A stretch of 64,000 bases of DNA from assembly GCA_964645305.1 (NCBI GenBank), contig CAZYCV010000003.1:33889-97888 (forward strand), given 5' to 3'. Shown in pieces: positions 19,253-29,601 of this stretch. Below the pieces are notes generated by a model. It did not search any database. It was not told the DNA's origin and was given only the letters and a program-made list of their open reading frames with translations. Position 1 is the stretch's first letter, and every line of letters starts with the position of its first letter. Source of the stretch: an uncultured Terracidiphilus sp. (GTDB lineage: Bacteria; Acidobacteriota; Terriglobia; Terriglobales; Acidobacteriaceae). A program made the position numbers and the translations under genes.

Positions 19253-20980
19253 TCATACCCCCACCGGGAAGGGCTTGGGGCTGGACTCGTCGATGTTGGC
19301 GTCGGGGGTGGCGCTGCCGGAGCGCCAGCGCTCGAAGCGGCCTTGCAGCAGGCTCATCAGGCCGGTGTACCAGTACCCGATGACAAAGAGAATCAGGAAG
19401 GGCGCGGTGAAGTAGTTGTGGTTGGAGAAGGTGTAAAGAATCGCCGCCATGAAGTAGCAGCCGATGAGCAGCTCGAACCACGGGGTCAGCTTGAGCCGCT
19501 TGCGATACTTGGCGGCCTGCGACTTCTCGCCCTTCTTGGCCACGCGGTACTTGGGAGTGCGCACAAAAGGACTCTTGATGCCGAAGAGAGCTTCCATCAC
19601 CGCCTTGGTGTTGGTCAGCGTGAGGCCGATGCCCAGCGCCATCAGAAACGGCAGATACAGTAAGGTCTTCCACCAGGTCTTTGGGAAAAGCTCGCGCTCG
19701 GCCATCAGGTAAAAAACGCCAATCGAGGCCGTGGAGGCGGTGAAGAGCGGCACGTCGATCAGCAGCATCTGGAACCAGCCCTGATAGAAGCGGCAAACCA
19801 TGGCCGGCATCAGCAGCACGGTCATCACGATCATCAGCGGATAGCTTAGATTGGCCGTGAGATGGTAGACCGCCTCGACTTTGATGCGGCGCGGCACTCC
19901 GGATTTGAACATCAGCGGCAGAACTTTGATGCTGGTCTGGATCAGCCCTTTGGCCCAGCGCGCCTGCTGCGTTTTGAAGGCGCTCATCTCAATCGGCAGC
20001 TCCGAGGGGCACTCGACTTCAGGCAGGTACTTGAAGCGCCAGCCGGCCAACTGCGAGCGGTAGCTGAGGTCGGTGTCCTCGGTGAGAGTGTCGTGCTGCC
20101 AGCCGCCGCCGTCCACGATGGCCTGGATGCGCCACATTCCGGCTGTGCCGTTGAAGTTGAAGTAGTCGCCGGTGCGGACGCGCGCGCCGTGCTCGATGAT
20201 GAAGTGCCCGTCCAGCAGGATGGCCTCAATCTGGGTCAACATGCTGTAGTTGCGGTTCATGTGGCTCCAGCGCGTTTGCACCAGGCCGACTTCAGGCTCG
20301 GCAAAGTGATGGATCACCTTCATCAGCCAGTCGGGCGGCGGTACAAAATCGGCGTCGAAGATGGCCACGTACTCGCCTTTGGCGGTCTTCAGTCCGGCGT
20401 CCAGCGCTCCGGCTTTGAAGCCGTAACGGTTGGTGCGGTGGATATATTGAATCGGATGGCCGAGAGCGGCGTAGCGCGCGACGATGTCGGCGGCAACTTG
20501 CTGGGTCTCGTCGGTGGAGTCATCCAGCACCTGAATGTCCAGCTTGTCGCTGGGATACTCCATCGCGCAGACCGCTTCAATCAGCCGGTCAATGACAAAC
20601 TGCTCGTTGAAGATGGGCAGTTGCACGGTCACTCGCGGCAGATCGGCGAAATGTTTGGGCGGATTAGGATCGTAGTTCTTCTTGTACTTGAAGTACAGGT
20701 AGCACATCGTGTAGCGATGCACGCCATAAAAGGCCAGCACGATCATCACCAGGAAGTAGGGCAGCAGCACCGCCGCGTCAAAGATATTCCAGTGATAAAG
20801 CCCTTTGAAGGTCTGGTCGCCGTATTGCATCTTCAGGGTATGCAGCAGGCCGTTATGGGGCGCAAAAAAAAGCAACGCATCGGCGCGGGCCGACAGCCCG
20901 CTTAATAGATCGGCGGCAGGTTTCAACGAGTTTTCAAGAACGGCAAACAGGGCAAGCCTCCACGAATTCCAACTATGCAA
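19253..20980 (-). CDS. Processive glycosyltransferase family 2 (cellulose-synthase-like, CslA-type)
   Basis: QVLDDS, KAGAL, FDADF, TEDTD, QQARW motifs; multiple TM helices; exact start uncertain. Confidence 0.92.
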   Translation of the reverse strand: MHSWNSWRLALFAVLENSLKPAADLLSGLSARADALLFFAPHNGLLHTLKMQYGDQTFKGLYHWNIFDAAVLLPYFLVMIVLAFYGVHRYTMCYLYFKYKKNYDPNPPKHFADLPRVTVQLPIFNEQFVIDRLIEAVCAMEYPSDKLDIQVLDDSTDETQQVAADIVARYAALGHPIQYIHRTNRYGFKAGALDAGLKTAKGEYVAIFDADFVPPPDWLMKVIHHFAEPEVGLVQTRWSHMNRNYSMLTQIEAILLDGHFIIEHGARVRTGDYFNFNGTAGMWRIQAIVDGGGWQHDTLTEDTDLSYRSQLAGWRFKYLPEVECPSELPIEMSAFKTQQARWAKGLIQTSIKVLPLMFKSGVPRRIKVEAVYHLTANLSYPLMIVMTVLLMPAMVCRFYQGWFQMLLIDVPLFTASTASIGVFYLMAERELFPKTWWKTLLYLPFLMALGIGLTLTNTKAVMEALFGIKSPFVRTPKYRVAKKGEKSQAAKYRKRLKLTPWFELLIGCYFMAAILYTFSNHNYFTAPFLILFVIGYWYTGLMSLLQGRFERWRSGSATPDANIDESSPKPFPVGV

Positions 20981-21029
20981 TTGTAGTCTCTGAAGGGCAT
21001 CCTTGGCGCTGAAAAGAGCGGTTCCGCAT

Positions 21030-21416
21030 TCATCGAATCACATGAATCGGAATGCCCAACTTCAGATCACGCCAGAGTTGCTCTGTGGTATAAACCGGCG
21101 CATTCAGCGCGATGGCCAGCGCCAGGCAGGATCGATCTCCGAGCGAAAGCCCATATCTCTCCGTCACGGCGATCAGATCACCCGCAATCCTGGCTTGGTC
21201 GCTGGTATAAACCGCTGCTGTTTTCACCGCAGAAAGCGTATCCTCCCAGGCTTCTTCCGGCGAATAACCCCTCTTGACCAGCTTCGATTGCACCTCTGCG
21301 AGATTGATTGTGCTGGCCACAGACCGATCGAAGATTTCGTCCGTAATCTGCTCCTCGGCTCGCTCGTGTTGAAGCGCGGCAAGCATTACGGAGGCATCAA
21401 AAACAACCTCATTCAT
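21030..21416 (-). CDS. vapC: VapC PIN-domain toxin
   Basis: VFDASVMLA, NLAEV, LSLGDRSCLALA. Confidence 0.92.
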   Translation of the reverse strand: MNEVVFDASVMLAALQHERAEEQITDEIFDRSVASTINLAEVQSKLVKRGYSPEEAWEDTLSAVKTAAVYTSDQARIAGDLIAVTERYGLSLGDRSCLALAIALNAPVYTTEQLWRDLKLGIPIHVIR

Positions 21417-21726
21417 ACTTGGCCGCCTCGCGCCGTTCTGCGCTCAGTTCGTCCGCAAGGCTGACTCCCGCGGGAATATATCTCTTGGCCCTCTGCTGCG
21501 CTCGCCGCAATCGTTCCCGCATCGTCGCTATGCGCAACTCCCCGTCTTTCACAACCAAATCGAGCATATCGTTCTCGGTCATTCCCAGCGCTTCCCGGAT
21601 CGCGGCTGGTATCACCAGACGCCCTTTCGCTCCAAGGCGCATCCGAACCCGATGATCCTCGACAAACGTGGGGCGCTGCCAAACAACTTCATTCTCCTGA
21701 AGCTCCAATGTATCCATCTGTGCCAC
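21409..21726 (-). CDS. vapB: AbrB/MazE/SpoVT-type antitoxin
   Basis: GRLVIPAAIREALG; SLADELSAERREAA; overlaps the vapC start. Confidence 0.88.
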   Translation of the reverse strand: MAQMDTLELQENEVVWQRPTFVEDHRVRMRLGAKGRLVIPAAIREALGMTENDMLDLVVKDGELRIATMRERLRRAQQRAKRYIPAGVSLADELSAERREAAKYE

Positions 21727-21781
21727 CTTGCTTCATCAATGACACTAATCTACTCTAGTGGCACTCAATACACAAGTGGCA
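21721..21781. promoter_or_regulatory. Probable autoregulatory operators of vapBC
   Basis: TGCCAC/GTGGCA half-sites, including TGACACTA-N8-TAGTGGCA. Confidence 0.45.
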
Positions 21782-21849
21782 TATTTTTCATGAGTCCCAC
21801 CGTATGCAACATTCTGATCGCCATCTGCGCCAACCAAACCCGAAAAAAC

Positions 21850-23052
21850 TCAGTGGTTTACGGCCCTGGACGGACTGGAATACGGCGCATCCGCCGAGCT
21901 TGGGCCGGAGGGCGCGCCTGTGTTCAGATCATCTCCAGTCAGAATCCGCGACTCGGTGCCGAAGCGCCGATATTGCGAAAAGGCAACGTCATTCAGGAAT
22001 GTCTTGGTCGCGCCCTTGTAATTCGACATGGAGTGCGCGCCGGTCTGCTGCGCCGTGTGCGCTGCCAAAATGGAGACGCTCCTCACCGGGCAGGTGTAGG
22101 ATTTTCCGGCGATTTCGACCGGGCTGTACTCCACCTGGATACCGGCTTCAGAGACCAGTTCGGCAGCAGGAAGGTCGGCCTCCATGGTGATGCGAAGGAT
22201 GGCGCCGCTGGCTGGATCGAAGACAATCTCGCCGTGATAGCTGACGATCTCCCGGAATACCCGCTTGTTCGGCGTGCCGTCCGAGTTGAATCCGTCCGCA
22301 ATGCAGCAGAACTGCACCGGGTAATGCGACTTGTCGCTGGGCACCGCAAAGTGGAAGACGGCTTCCTTTCCGCCCGCGCCCATCTCCCAGCGGCCCCAGG
22401 TAATCTTGCCATGCAGCGCATCGGCCACCGCAAGGCTGAGGATCGGCCCAAACTCTCCCGCAGTGCTCAGGCCGCCAATTTGCGTTCCATGCTTCGCCGC
22501 CTTTTCATCCACCACTTCCTTGCCATCGCGATAGGTGACCGTAAGGCTGGCTTTGCCAATGGAGTGCAGTGGCATGGCTGACTCTGAAACCACGCCAGTG
22601 GGTCCAAGCACATCCTCTTGCGGCTTGTCTTCAAAGCCAATCGTATCGCGCACGGCAAGGAAGTTCGGCAACTGGCGGGCCGTGGTGTTCACATAATTCA
22701 CAACCAGAGTGAGCATCTTGCGCGCCGCATCGGCGTCCGGCGTGGAGTCAGCGGGAATCTCCGCGCTGGGCGGATCGAGAAACGCCGCCGAATCAGCCAG
22801 GATGGCCAACTGTTCGCGAGATTTTTCGCCCGGCAGATCGGCCTTCCATTTGGCCAGCTTGACCGAGTTCAGCCGCTCGGTCAGCTCAACCGCGGAGAGC
22901 TGACGCGCCAGATCCGCATCCGGCTTGCCGTGCGCCGCCGTCAGCATCGCTTCAAGCTGGACCACCGTGACCTTTGCCGCAGCAGCATCCTTCTCGCCCA
23001 ACACGGGCGATGCCAAGCCTGACAACAGTAAAACCATCAACAGCATTCGCAT
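21850..23052 (-). CDS. Secreted hypothetical protein, paralogous to the C-terminal half of the adjacent FecR protein
   Basis: Signal peptide; GGAG RBS; co-linear motifs shared with 23233-24360. Confidence 0.85.
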   Translation of the reverse strand: MRMLLMVLLLSGLASPVLGEKDAAAAKVTVVQLEAMLTAAHGKPDADLARQLSAVELTERLNSVKLAKWKADLPGEKSREQLAILADSAAFLDPPSAEIPADSTPDADAARKMLTLVVNYVNTTARQLPNFLAVRDTIGFEDKPQEDVLGPTGVVSESAMPLHSIGKASLTVTYRDGKEVVDEKAAKHGTQIGGLSTAGEFGPILSLAVADALHGKITWGRWEMGAGGKEAVFHFAVPSDKSHYPVQFCCIADGFNSDGTPNKRVFREIVSYHGEIVFDPASGAILRITMEADLPAAELVSEAGIQVEYSPVEIAGKSYTCPVRSVSILAAHTAQQTGAHSMSNYKGATKTFLNDVAFSQYRRFGTESRILTGDDLNTGAPSGPSSADAPYSSPSRAVNH

Positions 23053-23140
23053 CTGAATATCTCCTTGTCCAGCCGTTGCTGGAATCGACTATTCCACGAA
23101 ATTAATTTGCAAATTGTTCACCCGATGTAGAGTGAACGGT

Positions 23141-23210
23141 CCCTTGGGAGCTAAAGCCCGCGATATTTTTACGGGGTCTAGCGGCACAACTGAAGTCGTG
23201 CCCTTTCAAA
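23141..23210 (+). repeat. Family-B REP-like element
   Basis: GAGCTAAAGCCC...CGGCACAACTGAAGTCGTGCCCT; related copies at 26201 and 54213. Confidence 0.8.
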
Positions 23211-23232
23211 ACATGAGTTACACCTCAAGCCG

Positions 23233-25488
23233 TTATGGTTTATCAACGCGCGACGAACCGGCATCCGGAGCCTCTGCTGAAGCAGGACCGGCCGGCGCAC
23301 CCGCTTCCGCGCTCTTCCCGGCCACATTCCGCGTATCCGTGCCCATGCGTTGATACTGCGAAAACGCCATGTCATTCAAATGAATCTTTGACGGACCATG
23401 GTATCTCGCCATCGAATACATTCCGGTTCGCTGTCCATAAAATGCCGTCAAATTGGAGACGCTTCTTACCGGGCAGACAAAGTTCTTCCCCCCGATCTCA
23501 ACCGAACCGTATTCCACCAGAAGGCTGGCCCTTGAAACCAGATCGCCGGGAGCAAGTTCACCCTCCAGCGTGATGCGATGGATGACGCCACTGGCAGGAT
23601 CAAAGACAATCTCGCCGTGATAGCCGACCGTCTCACTGAACAGGCTCACAGACGGCGTGGTGTCAATGATCAGCCCATCGGACTGGCAGCAGAACAGCAC
23701 CGGGTAGTGCGACTTCTCGCGGGGAACCGCGTAGTGGAAGACCGCTTCTCTTCCGCCCGCGCCCTGCTCCCAGCGGCTCCAGGTGATCTTGCCGTGCAGC
23801 GCATCTCCCACCGCCACGCCGAGAATCGGCTCAAACTCGCCCGATGTGGCCAGGCCGCTGATCGGACCTCCCACTTTTACAGCCTTCCCGTGAATCACTT
23901 CTTTGCGGTCACGGTAGGCGACTGTGACGCTCGATCTTCCAACAAAGTGCAAGGGCATGGCGCTTTCCGCAAGGATGCCCATTGCCAGTTGTATATCCTG
24001 TTGCGGCCTGTCTTCAAAGCCAATCGTCTCGCGCACGGCAAGCAGATTCGGCAATTGCCGGGCTGTGTTGTTGATGTAACTCACAATCAAAGTCAGCATA
24101 TTGCGCGTCTCTTCAGGCGCGGGAATCGGGTCTGCAAGAATCTCCGTCGCGGGCGGAGCAAGAAATGCCGCCATGTCGGCCAAAATCACCAATTGCTCGC
24201 GGGCCTTGTCACCCGGCAGATCCGCCTTCAGTTGAGCCAGCTTGACCGAGTTCAGCCGCTCCACAAGCTCCAGCCCGGAGAGTTGCCGCGCCGCTTCCGC
24301 ATCCGGCAGGCTGCGGGCCTCAGCCAGCGCCTGCTCCAGTTGCGCAACCGTTACCCTGCCAGGATGAGCGCCGTTTGAGGAGCTTGGCGGGTTGAATTCA
24401 GGCGTACTCCTGGGAGCAACGCCGCCCAGCCCGGCCGCATCCGGCAGCCGCGCCGCCGCCAACTGCTGATTCAAATGGATCTCAGCCCCGCCACTCGGCT
24501 CGCGGTGCTCCACGGTCTGGTACGGTCTCTCTCTTTGACCGCTGTTCTCGTGAAGCACCTTGCCGCTGGCTTTGTCTCTCAATCCATCGGTACTCTTCAC
24601 CATCTCGCCGGCGGTTCCCGGCGAATGAGATGGAATGGAAAGAACCTTGCTCCGATCCGCGGATACCCGCGCCAGCAAAGTCATATACTTGTCGCGGTCA
24701 TGGCTCCAGGCAATCTGATCTTCAACCGGCGCGGATTGCAGGTTTCCATTGGTCGTTACCTGGCCACCGGCTTGAATCAGCGTATCCTTGCCGTCATGCC
24801 TGACCTGAACCGAACCTTGCAGCACCGCCACCTGCGAGCCTTTGACTCCGGTATGGACGGAGAAGATGGTGTCTGCAAAGGCCACGCGGCAATCCGGCGT
24901 CTTCACAGACAAATGACCGGAGAGGCGCTTGGCGGTTTGCACAATCACGGAGCCATTGTCCAGCGAGACGGTCATGCTGCGGCCGCGGGCTCCCACGCCA
25001 AGCACGCTCTGCTCATTCACTTCAACCGTCGATCCATCCGCAAGCTGAAGTACAGCATGACCGCCCCCGCCGGTGCGCAGATATTCGCCCTCGGACAATT
25101 TGTCGCCGGGAGAAAGCGGACGATCCCCGGTATTCGAGATGCGATAGGCCGCTCCGTCCACGGATCGCACCTCGGCCCGGACTCCAGCCGGTATCTGCCA
25201 ATAAGCCTTGTAGAAAAAAAGTGTGCAAGCCATCAGCGCAAAGCAGGCAGCCAGTGCCCAACTGTATTGCCACTTGCGCCAGTTGGCCACGCCTGCCGCG
25301 ACGAGTGCGGGCCGAGGCACCAGGGTCAGCCGCGAAGGGTAGCTGATGCCGCTGCGGCCGGCCCCGAAGTCGATGTCGAGGCGCGCAGCCACCCGGCCGG
25401 CAGCGGCTGCAATCTCCGCGCCATCGGGCTCGCCGGCTCTCATGGCGAGCAGTGCATCATTCAGAAGCTTCTCATCCTCTCGTCTCAT
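23233..25488 (-). CDS. FecR-domain anti-sigma factor fused to a duplicated secreted domain
   Basis: One TM helix, then LADGSTVEVNEQS...VAVLQGSVQV FecR pattern; 4-nt overlap with the sigma gene. Confidence 0.85.
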   Translation of the reverse strand: MRREDEKLLNDALLAMRAGEPDGAEIAAAAGRVAARLDIDFGAGRSGISYPSRLTLVPRPALVAAGVANWRKWQYSWALAACFALMACTLFFYKAYWQIPAGVRAEVRSVDGAAYRISNTGDRPLSPGDKLSEGEYLRTGGGGHAVLQLADGSTVEVNEQSVLGVGARGRSMTVSLDNGSVIVQTAKRLSGHLSVKTPDCRVAFADTIFSVHTGVKGSQVAVLQGSVQVRHDGKDTLIQAGGQVTTNGNLQSAPVEDQIAWSHDRDKYMTLLARVSADRSKVLSIPSHSPGTAGEMVKSTDGLRDKASGKVLHENSGQRERPYQTVEHREPSGGAEIHLNQQLAAARLPDAAGLGGVAPRSTPEFNPPSSSNGAHPGRVTVAQLEQALAEARSLPDAEAARQLSGLELVERLNSVKLAQLKADLPGDKAREQLVILADMAAFLAPPATEILADPIPAPEETRNMLTLIVSYINNTARQLPNLLAVRETIGFEDRPQQDIQLAMGILAESAMPLHFVGRSSVTVAYRDRKEVIHGKAVKVGGPISGLATSGEFEPILGVAVGDALHGKITWSRWEQGAGGREAVFHYAVPREKSHYPVLFCCQSDGLIIDTTPSVSLFSETVGYHGEIVFDPASGVIHRITLEGELAPGDLVSRASLLVEYGSVEIGGKNFVCPVRSVSNLTAFYGQRTGMYSMARYHGPSKIHLNDMAFSQYQRMGTDTRNVAGKSAEAGAPAGPASAEAPDAGSSRVDKP

Positions 25489-26051
25489 GGTCTTCCCCGC
25501 TGCAATTCCACAATTCGTTTCTTGAGTTTGGCGCGCGCCTTATGAAGGGTAACGGCAACCACCGCCTGCGACGTTCCCATCAAAACCGCGATCTCCTGAT
25601 TCTTCAAATCCTCCAAGTAGCGCAAGGTGAAGATCTCCGCCGCGCGCGGAGTCAATTCGCCGATTGCCTGCCTGAGCCATGCGCCTAACTCATGGTTTGA
25701 AAGCTCATCTTCAGGGGATTGACCCTGCCAGACGGAATACTCGCCCGCGCTCTCAAGCGACTCCACGCGCGCGGCCTTCCGCCGTCTCAACAGGTCCAGA
25801 GCGCCGTTGATCGCAGCCCGGTAAAGGTAGCTGCCGACATTGGCCATGAGTTGGCCTTGACCGCCTGCCAGCCGCAGAAAGACCGCTTGCGCAACATCCT
25901 CCGCATCCGCCATGCTGCCGGTCACGCGCCAGGCCGCAATGAGCACACGCCGATGGTGCTCCGCAAACAATTGCGAAAGATGGTCACAGCTCTCCATGGA
26001 CGGCATGATTGGGTTCGCAGTGGCCACTGGCTCCCCTTTTTGGCTGTTCAT
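25485..26051 (-). CDS. ECF (sigma-70 family) RNA polymerase sigma factor
   Basis: DAEDVAQAVF, YLYRAAINGALDLLRRR, region-4 EIAVLMG...LHKARAKL. Confidence 0.95.
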   Translation of the reverse strand: MNSQKGEPVATANPIMPSMESCDHLSQLFAEHHRRVLIAAWRVTGSMADAEDVAQAVFLRLAGGQGQLMANVGSYLYRAAINGALDLLRRRKAARVESLESAGEYSVWQGQSPEDELSNHELGAWLRQAIGELTPRAAEIFTLRYLEDLKNQEIAVLMGTSQAVVAVTLHKARAKLKKRIVELQRGRP

Positions 26052-26200
26052 AGAGAGGACGCTCCAACTAGATAATTATTAACGGTGGGAGTCAGAGTGT
26101 TTTGGATCGATTAAATTTCCTGCAAAATTGGCTTCGGCAAATTGAAAAGCGCCGAAAAACGAATTAACAGGTTAGCGGAAAGACTCAATGAATAGAGCTT

Positions 26201-26270
26201 TGTAACCAGGGCACAGCTTCAGTCGTGCCGATAAAACCCATAGAATCAATATGGCTTTAGCACCTGCGGA
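26201..26270 (-). repeat. Family-B REP-like element
   Basis: CAGGGCACAGCTTCAGTCGTGCCG...GGCTTTAGCACCTGCGGA. Confidence 0.8.
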
Positions 26271-26351
26271 ACGAGTATTCGGTCTCTCCGGCCTCCGCCA
26301 TAAGTTCCCAAAAAGCGAGCAATGCTTTCCCGCAACAACAACGTACACAAT

Positions 26352-26741
26352 TTACAGAATCCCCAAGACACGCAGCCGCAACAACCCGCCAGCCAGCACA
26401 CCCAGCGGCGTGATGGCCACCTGCGCCAACAGAAACCAGATCGGAAATTTGCCTCGAGCCTGCAACGCGCTCATCGCAGACAGAAGCAGCACCACCAGCG
26501 CCAGCGCCAGCACTTGGATCAGCGGGTTGTCGCGGGCAATTCGGGCAGTCACATAGCCTCCGGCCGAGGCGGAGAGAAGTGAAAATCCAAGATGAACAAA
26601 GGCATAACCCGCCTGCTGTTGCCCCGCCGTTTCAGCCCAGCTCGGAACCAGGCGAGCGGCCAGCGCGGTCAAACCCAGACCCAGCATTACAACGACGGCA
26701 AAGCCGGCGGCCAGCGTGAGAAACGTCAGCAGAATCACCAT
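26352..26741 (-). CDS. Hypothetical 4-TM membrane protein
   Basis: Four hydrophobic segments; GGYVTARIA motif. Confidence 0.8.
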   Translation of the reverse strand: MVILLTFLTLAAGFAVVVMLGLGLTALAARLVPSWAETAGQQQAGYAFVHLGFSLLSASAGGYVTARIARDNPLIQVLALALVVLLLSAMSALQARGKFPIWFLLAQVAITPLGVLAGGLLRLRVLGIL

Positions 26742-27136
26742 GGCAGGTTCTTCCCCGTTTGCTGCTGGCCCACTTCGCCCCGCTCAATCCGCTCTAAAAA
26801 GGCGCGCGCCAGCTTGCGTTCGCCCGGATGACTCTCGCCGTGCATCGAGCACAGATCAAGGAACTCGTCGCAGAGCGCATTGCCCGTCTCCAGTTGCGCC
26901 AGAACTCCCTGCATCGCCAAGGCCAGTTCGCGCAGCCGCTCCGCCTCAGGCCAGGCGTGCTCTTCGCCTTCGTCCAGCAGTTCCACGCTGGAAAACAGCC
27001 CCCGCCGCCCGCGCGCGCACTCGTCCAGGCAAGCCATCAGTTGCTCGCAGAAGGCCTGTTCCAGCGCCTCCGTCTGTCCTGGCGAACTCTCTTCCAGCGG
27101 ATTGTCTTCAGCCTCGTAACTCATGCGTGAACCCAT
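26735..27136 (-). CDS. Hypothetical protein
   Basis: Overlaps the start of the next gene; GC-biased coding; start may be the ATG at 27124. Confidence 0.7.
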   Translation of the reverse strand: MGSRMSYEAEDNPLEESSPGQTEALEQAFCEQLMACLDECARGRRGLFSSVELLDEGEEHAWPEAERLRELALAMQGVLAQLETGNALCDEFLDLCSMHGESHPGERKLARAFLERIERGEVGQQQTGKNLPW

Positions 27137-27144
27137 CTATATCA

Positions 27145-27699
27145 TTACTCATCCCCCTCCGTACAAAACAAAAATGTTTTGGAGATGGGGCGGAGTTTGC
27201 CGTTTTCGAGGACAAAATATCGCTGGCGGCAGGTTTCTGTCTTGTTTGGATCGTCAACATCAAGGTGGTATTCGGCAATCAATAATCGGCTATTGGGTCT
27301 GTAATAAAGCGCAGTCTGATAAGGATGACCATCTTTGGTATTCAACTGAGAATCAGCATCACTAAACATAGAAATATCGGGGACATTGGCGCCGGTTTTC
27401 AGATTTGCCAGTTCGTAAACAGAACAGCTTGTTCCACAACCGAGTTCGTACAGATAGTATTCGCCTGCAAAGTTTATTTTTGGGCCTGTAGGCACGACCA
27501 GATGATCGTCTTCGTCTCGCCAATCGCCCCTTTCGCCTATATGCAGTCCAGCCGGAATCTTGATCGGCCCTTGATAAACCTTCACCGGAAACTGCTCGAA
27601 TTGAAACTGCCGCTTCTGGCTCCACGAGGCGGGACCGGCGCACAATACCACACCGAAGACCAGAAGCAGTGGAATTGACTTTTGAAAGAGCGATTTCAT
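27145..27699 (-). CDS. Secreted hypothetical protein
   Basis: Signal peptide; NFAGEY...GCGTSC and YRPNSRLLI motifs. Confidence 0.8.
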   Translation of the reverse strand: MKSLFQKSIPLLLVFGVVLCAGPASWSQKRQFQFEQFPVKVYQGPIKIPAGLHIGERGDWRDEDDHLVVPTGPKINFAGEYYLYELGCGTSCSVYELANLKTGANVPDISMFSDADSQLNTKDGHPYQTALYYRPNSRLLIAEYHLDVDDPNKTETCRQRYFVLENGKLRPISKTFLFCTEGDE

Positions 27700-27745
27700 G
27701 CATTCCAGCTTACAGCGTCTTGCTCGATGCTGCGTAATCCTCGGC

Positions 27746-29326
27746 TCACTCAGCGGATGCAGCCTTCTTTTGTTCTTCCAGCAGATCAGCAAACGCCTCC
27801 GGCGTGACTGGGCGGCCAAAGAGCCAGCCCTGGCCAAGAACTCGATTCGATGCAGAGTCGAAATAGTCGGCCTGCTGGCGGGTTTCAATGCCTTCCACAA
27901 TCACTTGCAGATGCAGCGCTTCGGCCATGGCCATGATCTGCGGCAAAATGGACAGGGTGACCGCCTCGGTTCCGATGGCCTGAGTAAAGGATCTGTCAAT
28001 CTTGATGGCATTCACGGACAGATCGTGCAGATAGGAGAGGCTGGAATAGCCGGTTCCAAAGTCATCGATATGGACGCTGTGGCCGCTTTGGTGCAAGCGA
28101 AGAATCGTCTCGATGGCCACATCATGCCGGGCCGTTGAGCTTTCGGTGATCTCAATGGAGAGGCTTTCAGCCCGGACGCCCGTCCGCTTGAGTTCGCCTT
28201 CCAGCATCGTCAGAAAGCCGGGATCAGCCAAATCCGCCGCCGCCACGTTGATACTGAGGCGAAAATCAGGGTGGGTACGCAGCATCTCGCCAAAGTCGTT
28301 TAAGGCGTGTCGCACCACCAGGCGCGTAATCTCTCCTACAAAGCCGCGCGCTTCGGCAATTTTGATAAAAACATCCGGGCCTACCGCGAAGCCGTCTTCG
28401 TCGGTCCAGCGCGCCAGTGCCTCCGATCCCACGATCCGGCCGCTGGGCAGGCTCACGATGGGCTGATAGACCACGCGCAACTCGTCACGACGCACGGCGC
28501 GCCGAAGCTGCTGTTCCATGCTTTGGTTGTGCTTGTAAAGAAGCGACAGCAAAAACCCGATGAAGGCCCCAACCACCCCGCCCAGGGACACGCAAAACCA
28601 CAACTGGGTGTGGTCTGCCCGCATGACTTCAAAAAGTGGAATCAGGGTGGTAATGCAACTGAAGGACTCCGGGGTGCAACTCGTAAAGTAGATCGTATCT
28701 CCCCGCCGGTTCAATCCGTTCTGGGTAAATGCAAGGTCGCGTGCCTGGGGCGCAATAGGGAATAATCTTCCCGGTTTCTGATGATCGGGAAGCATCATGG
28801 TCACAAAAAATTGCAAATGACTTGTATCCAGACGCCTTCCCACGCCGGAATTGATTACCACATAAGTTGAGCCTTGCACCGTGCCCAGGGTATTTGTATC
28901 GCGCACCTGCAAAAGGCCATTTGCTATAACCACCTTCTCGCCTGTGGGCAGGGAATAGACTTGCTTCAGTTGCGCCTTTGAAAGATCCGCCGCGCTCAAA
29001 GTCGCCGAGCAATCAATCTTTCCATCGTGGATTCGTCCGGCATCCCGGAGGTAATCGGTCTGAAAGATCAGTTTGCGAAAGTAGCCAATCTCCGCCTCGG
29101 AGCAGTAGGGATAAGGGGAGTTGTTCATCTGCATCAGGGTTAGGTCGGTCTCTTTCAAAAAGGCGTTTTTCTCGGCGATCAGGCGCTCTGCATCCTTCTG
29201 GAGTTGGTGCTTGGCCTGGCGCAGAGCCAGCACGCCACCCAGCAGATAGCCCCCGCCCGTACCGCAGACTGCTGCCAGGGTTGTGGCAACCAGGGCTGCC
29301 AGTGCACGTTTTTTCACGCTCGTCAT
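27746..29326 (-). CDS. CSS-motif/EAL cyclic-di-GMP phosphodiesterase
   Basis: Two TM helices flank a periplasmic region with CSE and DCSA; YQPIV, EALARW, EITES, DDFGTGYSSL, EGIET, QGWLF. Confidence 0.93.
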   Translation of the reverse strand: MTSVKKRALAALVATTLAAVCGTGGGYLLGGVLALRQAKHQLQKDAERLIAEKNAFLKETDLTLMQMNNSPYPYCSEAEIGYFRKLIFQTDYLRDAGRIHDGKIDCSATLSAADLSKAQLKQVYSLPTGEKVVIANGLLQVRDTNTLGTVQGSTYVVINSGVGRRLDTSHLQFFVTMMLPDHQKPGRLFPIAPQARDLAFTQNGLNRRGDTIYFTSCTPESFSCITTLIPLFEVMRADHTQLWFCVSLGGVVGAFIGFLLSLLYKHNQSMEQQLRRAVRRDELRVVYQPIVSLPSGRIVGSEALARWTDEDGFAVGPDVFIKIAEARGFVGEITRLVVRHALNDFGEMLRTHPDFRLSINVAAADLADPGFLTMLEGELKRTGVRAESLSIEITESSTARHDVAIETILRLHQSGHSVHIDDFGTGYSSLSYLHDLSVNAIKIDRSFTQAIGTEAVTLSILPQIMAMAEALHLQVIVEGIETRQQADYFDSASNRVLGQGWLFGRPVTPEAFADLLEEQKKAASAE

Positions 29327-29474
29327 AAATGCGAAGCCTCAGTAAATATCCAAGCAGGAAGCAATCGAAAAGGCGATTCAAATAGCTACTGTAACTCTTT
29401 ATCGGCATCCAGCGACGAATCTTTAAAAAAGTTAAGGAAGAAATATTGATCTGGCCCAAAAGTTTTGAAATGCT

Positions 29475-29514
29475 GTGCCCCATTCATTCCGCGTATTTTG
29501 CGGAATGAGTGGGA
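29475..29514 (+). repeat. Family-A REP-like element (long-hairpin variant)
   Basis: GTGCCCCATTCATTCCGCGTATTTTGCGGAATGAGTGGGA. Confidence 0.75.
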
Positions 29515-29551
29515 GGGAGTGTTGTATTTCTTCGGGGCCGGATCAGTAAGC

Positions 29552-29584
29552 AAAAAACAGGGCGCGGCCCGCGCCGCGCCCTGT
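29552..29584 (-). terminator. sodA terminator
   Basis: ACAGGGCGCGG..CCGCGCCCTGT stem with a T6 tail on the minus strand. Confidence 0.8.
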
Positions 29585-29601
29585 CTCTTGCTTCCTCGCT
29601 C

